A DNA stretch of 63,457 nucleotides, counting the filler, from Myxococcota bacterium (GTDB lineage Bacteria > Myxococcota_C > UBA6777): assembly GCA_023150835.1 (NCBI GenBank). It is 3 parts of 3 records of this genome, joined end to end, with 100 filler letters (N's around TTAATTAATTAA, not from the genome) between each part and the next. Parts side by side here need not be neighbours in the genome. Positions count along the whole stretch, not along the records: positions 1 to 25,829 come from JAKLKB010000097.1; 2 more parts are not named here. The stretch is one strand, 5' to 3'. Positions 9,051-16,476 of the stretch are shown one piece after another (position 1 is the first letter of the stretch; each line of letters begins with the position of its first letter). Made by a program: the position numbers and the translations under genes. Below the pieces are notes generated by a model. The model worked only from the letters and a program-made list of their open reading frames with translations. It was not told where the DNA came from and ran no database searches.

Positions 9051-12000
9051 ATGACGCAACAGCTTGATCGGTGGAAAAGGCAGAAGAAAAATGGCCTGTT
9101 TTTCTTCTGGTGGCTTGTGTGTGTGTCTTTGATGGGTGGGGGGATGGCTTGTGTTGACCCACAAAAAGAAGCGAAAAAGCTGACTCTCCGTTTGATCTAC
9201 TCAAAGAGCCACCTTCCAAGCGGCCAAAACGAACTGGGCGGCGTTGTCATCTCAAAGATATCGCTTTCGGATGGAAAACAAGAAGAAACAAAACTGACTC
9301 AAGGCATCAACGAGAACGTCAACTGTTCAGAGAATCACTCTCGTGGTGAAGCGATAAAGTATGTATTGCTTGCACAAAAAAAAGATGAGAGTGGTCACCT
9401 GCTTTTGGAGGGGGCAGTTCCTTTTTCAAAAGAGCTTTGCGAGTCCGGCACCGTCAAGATCGTGATGATGGTGCCCGAGCGTGTGGGCGAACTGGTGGTG
9501 GAAAACAATACGGGAACATCACAAAGCCCGATATTTGGGCCTGCTTCGGTCGGAGGCGTCTTGGGCCATGCTGGTGCGGCGTTTGGGGATGGTCGGGTCT
9601 TGGTCTCGGGAGGGATATCGGCTTTTTCGGGTGAGTTGAAGGTGCCGCCGTCTTTGTTGCGTCCACAAACACGTGGGGAGTACGGAGGGAGCTTTGCGGA
9701 GAAGGGGTGGGTGTATGATCCCGAAGCCGCGACCTTGCGTCCCGTGAGCGAAGCAACAGAGATCAAGGGAGCATTTGGGCGCGCCTTTCATTCGCTTACA
9801 GCGCAGGCCAACAAGGGATGGATGGTCGGGGGCTGGTCTTCTTCGACAGGATGGGCTTCTGTGCTTTCGTTGACGCTGCCTCCTGTCTCCTCAACAACGA
9901 TCCATGATCTCGGAGAGATGGCGATATCGGGGCGTTTGGAGCAGCCGTCAGCGCAGGCCGCAGGGCATTTGATCGTTGAAGGCAACGGCACGCTGGTGGC
10001 GTCGAAAGATCTCGCGCTGATCGGTGGGCAGAGTCCAGAAGGCCCAACAAACCTGCCCGATCCATCGCTACCTCCTTGTTTGGCGGGAGAAGAACAGATC
10101 TTCTTGACAATGCACGCATCAGCTATCCTTGAAAGCAGCCAAGAGGTCGTTGTTTCGGGTGGCGTGTGGAGCCGTCGTGACGGAAGTCTCTTGCCTCCGC
10201 GTTTTTCGAACATGATCTGGCGTGCGCCGTTTTCGCATCTTCAGGGTCAAACTCTTTTTTGCGCAACAACTCCTACGGCAGGAGATATCACGATCCGTGC
10301 GATCTTGAAGGACGGTAAGTATTTGTCGCTGGTACGCGGTGAGCTTCCCGAACGGGCGGGATGGGCGGGCCATTCGATGACGGCGATTGGCGATAAGATC
10401 CTTGTGTATGGGGGATTTTCGTTGCCTTTGGATGGTTGGCCTTGGCCTGAGGGGTCTGCTCCCTTGCGAGGAGAGTTTTTCCGTAACCATTTGTTTGTTC
10501 GTCAACGCGCATATTGGTTAACTGTAGAAAGTGGAAGATGGGTGTGGTCGCCCATTAATTTACAGGAAGGAAACCCAGAAGCAGGAAGCAATTGTCTGAT
10601 CTCGGATCTTGGCGCACGCGCAATGCACCAAGCGACGAGGCTTTTGGATGGTCGGATCTTGTTGTCAGGCGGGATCCGTTGCTTGCCTTCGGACACCACG
10701 ACCCCGCCTGCTTTGCGTTGCGGGATGGAAGAGATGTTGCATCCGCGCTCGGTGCTGTTGTATACGCCAAGAGTCTTTGCGCAGAAGGCCATACTTCCGA
10801 GCCGATTGGTGTATCAATGCGTCGGGGGTGGAGGAACGCACAAAGACGAATCACAAGATCGACCGATACCGCGCCTTTTCCACACAGCGACACGATTGTC
10901 TTCTGGACAGATCTTGTTGTGGGGAGGGCTGACTTCGGGGGGGCCGACTTCGGGCTTGCGTGTCGCAGGGCGCGTGGAACTGTTTTCGCCTCGGCTGCGC
11001 TTTGGGGCGTGGGTGGACGAAGTGCCTTCTCCCGAAACGACCGATGGTGGCCCACAAGAGTCTCCCGAAGAAAACATCCGCCCCGACGGTGGACCTCCCG
11101 AAACGAGTGAACCACCGAGCCCAGAACCGCAACCCGAAACGATCGGGCCGGATGCAACGCCTCCCCCTCATACGCTGATGCGGCATCTCGCTGTGAACGG
11201 CTATCTCCAAGGTCTTCGCACGTTGATCGGAGACAAACAAGAAATCCACTTATTTTTCGCGCTACAAGGCACGATTACGCGATTGGATGGTTCGGTTTTG
11301 GAATCGGAAGACACTGGGACAGCTTGGAGTTTGATGCGGGTGCGCTTTCTCGCGGATTTTAACAACAAGCGATGGGTGGAATACGACCACGCTCGGGTGA
11401 TCCCGCGCATCAAAGAGGCTTCACAATGGGATGTGGTGCTTGATCCGCAACATTCTGACCGCGCCGTTTTGGCCATCCGTTGCTCGGATATCCTGAAAAA
11501 AGATATCCTGATCTCTCCAAAAAATCCGACTCTTCTACCGTTGTGCAAGGTGGGCGGGGCGGTGGCCGAAGGACTCGCTGTCTTGCGTCTTGGCCTCGTG
11601 AAAGATGTGGATGGAGAATATTATCCATACTCACCTTTGTCTTCTTTTCTTGTGAGAGGAAATCTGGAGTTGCGTCGTCTTCGTGTGCGCGGAACGGGGC
11701 ACGCCGATCTGGTTTTGATCGGAAAAGGGGGGGGACCGATTTCTCTTGATGTACTCGGCTCCACGCAAAGCGTCTCCCTACCGACGGGTTCGTCCTATGC
11801 TTTGGTGCTACGATTCGGTAGCGCCGATCCACCACCGCTGGAATCGTTTTCGCTCGCCTTTTTTCGCTCGTTGCCGAGCAGTGGGTTTGGAAACGTGGTG
11901 GACTATGTGTGGATGAGGGATGCGACCGATACGAGGTGCTTGTTGGCGTCTGTGAAAGGGGCGGGAGTCTTTGAGGCGATACGTTGGGATGTTTCTTCGC

Positions 12001-13820
12001 TTTCGGTTCCTTTTTCTTTGGGTAATTTTGAAGGAGTCTCGCAAGAAGGCGTCTTTGTCGCTTGTTATAACGGGGCTTTTGATGCTACGCGGACGTGGAA
12101 GATGGTCTTGCACGATGCGACGAGCGTTAAGCGGCCAAAGCAAATCTTGGCGCTACAAAAGGCAGGAGAAACAAGGCTGTATATGTCCTTTGACGAAGAG
12201 CTGAATTCGACGAGCAAGCCCCATGTGTTGGTGTTTACGGACAAAGCGCAGCTCCTCGATTCGTGGCAGTTGAAAGATGGCAAACAAACCGAGATGGTGC
12301 TTCTTTCCGACCCGAACGGAGCGGGAGAAGTGCCGCTTTATCTGGCACAGACTTCTTCGGGGCTGCCTTGGCACGAGATGTTTTCTAGCCCGTCATGGTT
12401 TGTTTATGCGCCAGAGTTTCCCGCAACGCCCCAAGGTTACGCTTTTCCGATGAAACGTCCGCTGCCGATCCCTCCGGGTTATTGGGGAGATTCTTTTGTA
12501 GATAGGGCTTCGCTGGCCTCTCATGGTGGGATGTTGGCGGTTGCGGGGCTTCTTTCTATGAGCGAGAGTTTCGAGGCGAGTGCTTCTGGTTTGCGTCCTG
12601 CACAGGTGGATGGTCCCGGGATCTTTTTGTGGACGCGGGAGATGCTTTCGAGCGCGTCTGCACCCCAGTGCCAACCCACTCAACTCGGTCCGATCGCGGC
12701 CTGCCGATGCGAAGAAGTCTGTCGTCATTGTTGTGGCCCGTTGGGGCTTTGTCGTCAGACAGGGGAGAGCACAAAGCTCGATCCGCTCCCCTTTTTCTGC
12801 GGAAATCCTGCGATAATCGGGAAAGTCTGTACGATCTGCGACAAGCAAACCGCCGATGGCTGTACAGCTTCGGGGTTGTGCTCTTGTGGTGGTAGGGCGG
12901 CTTGTTCACCGCAGCAACGATGCGAGGGGGCACTTGGAGCGAAGGTCTGCCGCGATTGTAAGCCTCGGTCAGTGACGATCTCTGTGAACGGAAGCGCAAT
13001 CAGTGGCATCTTGTCCGTGAAGTCAGGCGAGGATCTGACGGTGAGCGTAAGCGGATATCCGCATCGTGTACCCGAAATAACCGCAGCTACGCATCAATCG
13101 TTGGTGGTCGGGATCTGGCGGGAAGGCTACGGGGTGGAGGCTTGGGGGTGTGCTTACCACAAAGAGATCAAGACGATGGATTGTTCGGAGACCTTGCCCG
13201 TGTCTTTTTCGACTTCGCTGAATCGAGGATCTCGCTCAACCGTCCCGCTGAAAGCGCCTCTTTGGCTCTCGTCTGGGGGCGCTCAATACACTGTTTTGGC
13301 GATCCCGATGGTGGGGAATTTCCCAAGTTGTCAAGATGCCATGAACGCGTTTGAGTCGATGCCGTCGAGCGAATTGATTCAGAAAGGGAGCATCGGAGGC
13401 TTAAATGTCGAGTCTTCGGCGTGTACAGGGACATCCGTTGCTGTGAGCAGCGCGTCACTAGCGGATGCGAACAAACAAGCTCTGACATGGCCCGCACGGG
13501 TGAAGGCAGGGGGCATTCTTCATGTCTCTCTTGCTGTGTTGACAGATTCTTCTCTGAAGGTTTGGTTCTCTTTTACTTTGACGGACGAATCGGGATATCC
13601 GAAGGATATCGTGTGTGTGGGGTTGGGTGCTGGAAACTATTGTTCGACAATCACCCCCAATCAGTCCGGTTTGGTCCCCTATCATTTTCCTTTAGGATTA
13701 AAGGCGGGCCGTTATTTTTTCCGTGTCGCCGAAAAAAGAACCGCGATCTGCGAGACGGCGGCGACAAAATTGTCGTTCCCTCGGTGGGCGACTTTTGGTG
13801 AAGTGATCCTCGAACCTTGA
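9051..13820 (+). CDS. Large Kelch-repeat putative lipoprotein (1589 aa)
   Basis: Lipobox-like GMAC; Kelch-type motifs MHQATRLLDGRILLSGG, FHTATRLSSGQILLWGG, GHSMT; Cys-rich segment. Confidence 0.75.
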   Translation: MTQQLDRWKRQKKNGLFFFWWLVCVSLMGGGMACVDPQKEAKKLTLRLIYSKSHLPSGQNELGGVVISKISLSDGKQEETKLTQGINENVNCSENHSRGEAIKYVLLAQKKDESGHLLLEGAVPFSKELCESGTVKIVMMVPERVGELVVENNTGTSQSPIFGPASVGGVLGHAGAAFGDGRVLVSGGISAFSGELKVPPSLLRPQTRGEYGGSFAEKGWVYDPEAATLRPVSEATEIKGAFGRAFHSLTAQANKGWMVGGWSSSTGWASVLSLTLPPVSSTTIHDLGEMAISGRLEQPSAQAAGHLIVEGNGTLVASKDLALIGGQSPEGPTNLPDPSLPPCLAGEEQIFLTMHASAILESSQEVVVSGGVWSRRDGSLLPPRFSNMIWRAPFSHLQGQTLFCATTPTAGDITIRAILKDGKYLSLVRGELPERAGWAGHSMTAIGDKILVYGGFSLPLDGWPWPEGSAPLRGEFFRNHLFVRQRAYWLTVESGRWVWSPINLQEGNPEAGSNCLISDLGARAMHQATRLLDGRILLSGGIRCLPSDTTTPPALRCGMEEMLHPRSVLLYTPRVFAQKAILPSRLVYQCVGGGGTHKDESQDRPIPRLFHTATRLSSGQILLWGGLTSGGPTSGLRVAGRVELFSPRLRFGAWVDEVPSPETTDGGPQESPEENIRPDGGPPETSEPPSPEPQPETIGPDATPPPHTLMRHLAVNGYLQGLRTLIGDKQEIHLFFALQGTITRLDGSVLESEDTGTAWSLMRVRFLADFNNKRWVEYDHARVIPRIKEASQWDVVLDPQHSDRAVLAIRCSDILKKDILISPKNPTLLPLCKVGGAVAEGLAVLRLGLVKDVDGEYYPYSPLSSFLVRGNLELRRLRVRGTGHADLVLIGKGGGPISLDVLGSTQSVSLPTGSSYALVLRFGSADPPPLESFSLAFFRSLPSSGFGNVVDYVWMRDATDTRCLLASVKGAGVFEAIRWDVSSLSVPFSLGNFEGVSQEGVFVACYNGAFDATRTWKMVLHDATSVKRPKQILALQKAGETRLYMSFDEELNSTSKPHVLVFTDKAQLLDSWQLKDGKQTEMVLLSDPNGAGEVPLYLAQTSSGLPWHEMFSSPSWFVYAPEFPATPQGYAFPMKRPLPIPPGYWGDSFVDRASLASHGGMLAVAGLLSMSESFEASASGLRPAQVDGPGIFLWTREMLSSASAPQCQPTQLGPIAACRCEEVCRHCCGPLGLCRQTGESTKLDPLPFFCGNPAIIGKVCTICDKQTADGCTASGLCSCGGRAACSPQQRCEGALGAKVCRDCKPRSVTISVNGSAISGILSVKSGEDLTVSVSGYPHRVPEITAATHQSLVVGIWREGYGVEAWGCAYHKEIKTMDCSETLPVSFSTSLNRGSRSTVPLKAPLWLSSGGAQYTVLAIPMVGNFPSCQDAMNAFESMPSSELIQKGSIGGLNVESSACTGTSVAVSSASLADANKQALTWPARVKAGGILHVSLAVLTDSSLKVWFSFTLTDESGYPKDIVCVGLGAGNYCSTITPNQSGLVPYHFPLGLKAGRYFFRVAEKRTAICETAATKLSFPRWATFGEVILEP

Positions 13821-13868
13821 CGCTCGTTTTTGAGGGAACGGGCCAAGGCCGAGATTTGGGGGGAACTG

Positions 13869-13983
13869 ATACGATATCCGAGTGATGTGTACACGAAGGG
13901 CCGTACGTAAACGCCCTATTATTGGGCAGCCACGGGGGGCTGCCCCTACGTTTTTACGATCACGCGCCCTGCGGATTTCGTAT
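13869..13983 (-). repeat. REP-like family A element
   Basis: Core is the reverse complement of GTAGGGGCAGCCCCCCGTGGCTGCCC (13924-13949) with conserved flanks. Confidence 0.8.
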
Positions 13984-14008
13984 GATGCCGATGTTTGGGG
14001 GGGAAATG

Positions 14009-14044
14009 AAAAAAGCCGCTTTCTTCACGAAAGCGGCTTTTTTT
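14009..14044. terminator. Bidirectional intrinsic terminator downstream of the tRNA-Pro cluster
   Basis: aaaaaagccgctttc-ttcac-gaaagcggcttttttt perfect hairpin with A and T tracts. Confidence 0.88.
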
Positions 14045-14045
14045 G

Positions 14046-14119
14046 TCGGCGTGGCAGGATTTGAACCTGCGACCTCTACTACCCCAAAGTAGAGCGCTAC
14101 CAGGCTGCGCTACACGCCG
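14046..14119 (-). tRNA. tRNA-Pro(GGG)
   Basis: Cloverleaf; anticodon arm CTACT-TTGGGGT-AGTAG; GGTTCAAATCC T arm. Confidence 0.95.
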
Positions 14120-14140
14120 AGGGGGAACGAAGAATTGAAG

Positions 14141-14214
14141 TCGGCGTGGCAGGATTTGAACCTGCGACCCCTTGCTCCCGAAGCAAGTGCGCTACCAGGC
14201 TGCGCTACACGCCG
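14141..14214 (-). tRNA. tRNA-Pro(CGG)
   Basis: Anticodon arm CTTGC-TTCGGGA-GCAAG. Confidence 0.95.
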
Positions 14215-14237
14215 AAACCAAAGAACGCGGGAAAGAG

Positions 14238-14314
<77 letters not shown>

Positions 14315-14338
14315 AATGATGGAACCGAAAGAAACTTG

Positions 14339-14412
14339 TCGGCGTGGCAGGATTTGAACCTGCGACCTCTACTACCCCAAAGTAGAGCGCTACCAGGCTG
14401 CGCTACACGCCG
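14339..14412 (-). tRNA. tRNA-Pro(GGG), identical to 14046-14119
   Basis: Same sequence as the first copy. Confidence 0.95.
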
Positions 14413-14426
14413 AAACACAGAGCGAT

Positions 14427-14455
14427 GTTTTAGTAGGCGATCTTGCGTTTGTCAA
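14427..14455 (-). promoter_or_regulatory. Putative sigma70 promoter for the tRNA-Pro cluster
   Basis: TTGACA-N17-TAAAAC ending about 15 nt upstream of the first tRNA-Pro. Confidence 0.55.
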
Positions 14456-14608
14456 GCGGTCTTTTTGTACCCTCCATTAGATCGTTGATCCACAAAGGAA
14501 AGTTTTTTAGTTGACACGCACAGACACCGTCGTTCTAGGGTTTCTGTACGCCTTCTCTGTCGGTTAGGGACACCCGAAGGAGTTAGGAGCAAGGTCACTG
14601 TTGGCAGA

Positions 14609-14682
14609 TGCCGCAACCAGGAGTCGAACCTGGACCTGTGGCTTCGGAGGCCACCGTGCACCATCCGGTACACCATTGCGGC
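14609..14682 (-). tRNA. tRNA-Arg(CCG), atypical D arm
   Basis: GTGGC-CTCCGAA-GCCAC anticodon arm; D arm can form 7 bp (GTGTACC-GGAT-GGTGCAC). Confidence 0.85.
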
Positions 14683-14756
14683 GAAACAAGTGTTTTCGTT
14701 GGGTGGTTGTAGATCATGGCGAACAAAAAGTCCAGCATTATTTTTTGTGTGCTGTG

Positions 14757-14827
14757 TGGACCGACAGGGAGTCGAACCCTGATCTTCGGCGTGCAAAACC
14801 GAAATCCTTCCATTGAACGATCAGCCC
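14757..14827 (-). tRNA. tRNA-Ala(TGC)
   Basis: TCGGT-TTTGCAC-GCCGA anticodon arm; G3:U70 identity pair present. Confidence 0.85.
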
Positions 14828-14830
14828 AAG

Positions 14831-14904
14831 TGCATCCGACGGGACTCGAACCCGCGCACACTGATTTGAAAGACCAGCGGCTCAACCTATTCGCCTTCAG
14901 ATGC
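14831..14904 (-). tRNA. tRNA-Glu(TTC), atypical (A8)
   Basis: CTGGT-CTTTCAA-ATCAG anticodon arm; GGTTCGAGTCC T arm. Confidence 0.82.
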
Positions 14905-14931
14905 GTTGTGTGGCGCGCACGGGCGCGTTTG

Positions 14932-15006
14932 TGCTGGAGACGGGATTCGAACCCGCAACCTCCTGAACCTCAGTCAGGTACCTCTACCGATTTGGGCTAC
15001 TCCAGC
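14932..15006 (-). tRNA. tRNA-Leu(GAG) with short variable arm
   Basis: CCTGA-CTGAGGT-TCAGG; variable region only AGGTT; A73. Confidence 0.85.
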
Positions 15007-15037
15007 GGTCGATTCAGAATCATCGAACAAGGGCTTG

Positions 15038-15111
15038 TGCTGTCGGTGGGATTCGAACCCACAACCTCCTGCTTTTGAAACAGGCTCCTCTGCCGATTGG
15101 GTCACGACAGC
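15038..15111 (-). tRNA. tRNA-Leu(CAA) with short variable arm
   Basis: CCTGT-TTCAAAA-GCAGG; variable region AGGTT; A73. Confidence 0.85.
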
Positions 15112-15165
15112 AAAAAAGAAACCAATCGACCTCTGCTATCAAAAAACGAGTCGGGTACAGTTTCG

Positions 15166-15285
15166 CCAAAAATCCGTGCTCGCGTCTTCTCAAGCGGAGC
15201 AGATGTTGGTTTAAAAACTCTGATCGTTCCGCCGATGGTCAAGGGAGCTGTGCTCCCTTGCGGGGTGTGGGGCAGCGTCCCACAA
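15166..15285 (+). repeat. Dispersed repeat family B, located inside the tRNA array
   Basis: ccgtgctcgcg...tcaagcgg...aaaaact...gtcaagggagc...gcggggtgtggggca...cccaca, homologous to 48554-48677, 51429-51551 and 63194-63314. Confidence 0.75.
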
Positions 15286-15347
15286 AAACCATCGAAATGT
15301 ACCCATTTTATAAGAAAAGAAAACACGAGAAAAAAATACACAAGTGA

Positions 15348-15421
15348 TGCGAACTGTGGGAGTCGAACCCACAACCCTCTGGTTCTAAGCCAGAGACCTC
15401 TACCGATTGGGCTAAGTTCGC
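15348..15421 (-). tRNA. tRNA-Leu(TAG) with short variable arm
   Basis: TCTGG-CTTAGAA-CCAGA; variable region GGGTT; A73. Confidence 0.85.
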
Positions 15422-15424
15422 GAT

Positions 15425-15495
15425 TGCGGCGCGGGGGACTTGAACCCCCACAACAGGCATGGCGTACCTGTAGGCTACCTTTACCTCAGCGCCGC
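15425..15495 (-). tRNA. tRNA-Gly(GCC), atypical (A32/C33, A73)
   Basis: GCG acceptor start; anticodon arm CAGGT-ACGCCAT-GCCTG; GGTTCAAGTCC T arm. Confidence 0.72.
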
Positions 15496-15501
15496 AGGTT
15501 G

Positions 15502-15574
15502 GGAGATCGAGGGGAATCGAACCCCCGTTTCAGGTTCCACAGACCCGCGTGTTGACCGTTACACCACGATCTCC
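15502..15574 (-). tRNA. tRNA-His(GTG)
   Basis: CGGGT-CTGTGGA-ACCTG; G-1:C73 identity pair. Confidence 0.88.
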
Positions 15575-15590
15575 GTCTTGACGAGTATTT

Positions 15591-15662
15591 CGAGGCCGAC
15601 GGGAGTCGAACCCGCTAACACCTGATAGACAGTCAGGCAGCCCACCGTGAGCTTTCGACCCC
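15591..15662 (-). tRNA. tRNA-Asp(GTC), atypical (A8, U37, extendable D stem)
   Basis: CCTGA-CTGTCTA-TCAGG; G73; GGTTCGACTCC T arm. Confidence 0.8.
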
Positions 15663-15673
15663 AGAGAATGCGC

Positions 15674-15706
15674 AAAAAAAAACCGCCTGTGTGTTCACGC
15701 AGGCGG
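15674..15706 (-). terminator. Intrinsic terminator (attenuator) immediately upstream of the tRNA array
   Basis: CCGCCTG-cgtgaacaca-CAGGCGG followed by T9; T tract ends 11 nt before tRNA-Asp; leader stop codon lies inside the hairpin. Confidence 0.85.
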
Positions 15707-16156
15707 TGGTCGGACGTACGGTTCGTCGGACAGATCCTGCGGTCTATCGGGTGCTTTGGCCTCATCCAAGCGGGCAAGGGTCAGATCGCCTGCGAAGGAA
15801 AGATCGGCGAGGAGCAACGCAGCATGAAGTTCTTGCGCGGCATGAAGTTCTTGTGCGGCATGAAGTTCTTGTGCGGCATGAAGTTCTTGTGCATCGACGT
15901 GCGGTGGTGCTTGGGGGGCCAAGCCAGCGCCGTTTTGGATGTGTTGAGGCGCAAGCGGGTTGTGTTTGGGTTGTGCGTGTTCGGGTTGAGCTGTTAGGCC
16001 GAGCGATAGGCCGAGCGATAGGTCGAGCGACAAGCCGAGTGAAAAATGGGGCAAAGCAGCGGCCTCGCTTGGGATACGGATAGGCTGGATCTTGATGTGG
16101 ACGGGGGGTTGGGGAGCGGTGCGGGGGAGCGATTGGAAGAATTTTTTGCGAGTCAT
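15695..16156 (-). CDS. Putative leader peptide (153 aa) ending RPPPA-stop
   Basis: ATG preceded by aaagga/gggaa; in-frame 12-bp (SLGL) and 18-bp (AQELHA) repeats; overlaps the terminator; alternative ATG at 16174. Confidence 0.6.
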   Translation of the reverse strand: MTRKKFFQSLPRTAPQPPVHIKIQPIRIPSEAAALPHFSLGLSLDLSLGLSLGLTAQPEHAQPKHNPLAPQHIQNGAGLAPQAPPHVDAQELHAAQELHAAQELHAAQELHAALLLADLSFAGDLTLARLDEAKAPDRPQDLSDEPYVRPPPA

Positions 16157-16203
16157 GGTTCCCAGTCCTTTCATCGGGTGAGGGTGTTTGTGGTTTGTGG
16201 CTT

Positions 16204-16230
16204 GCTGACGTGTGAGAAAAAAGAAAGTTC
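16204..16230 (-). promoter_or_regulatory. Possible ECF-sigma-type promoter for the leader/tRNA array
   Basis: GAACTT-N16-TCAGC about 50 nt upstream of the leader ATG; resembles sigmaE-type consensus. Confidence 0.3.
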
Positions 16231-16476
16231 AGATTGTTTTCTTTTTGTTTCGATCTTGGCTACGAAAGAGTCTTCGATGGAGTTCGTTTTTTTCTTTTGT
16301 TTTTTTTGAAGTATTTGGTTTTCGCTTGAAGCGTGGTTTGCGCTTACGGGGGTAGAAAAGAAAAGTTCGTGAGGAGGGAAAGTTTTTAGGGGATGGGTTG
16401 AGGGAAGCGTTGCGGGGAAGGGCATCTCGGGATATAAGGTGGGTTTGTGTGATCTGGGTTTTGGAGAGGATGAGGG

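Noticed and set aside
14560-14600. ccgaaggag as part of a glycine riboswitch
   Set aside because: The other conserved elements (GGAGA, CTCTCAGG) are missing and no downstream gene lies on that strand.
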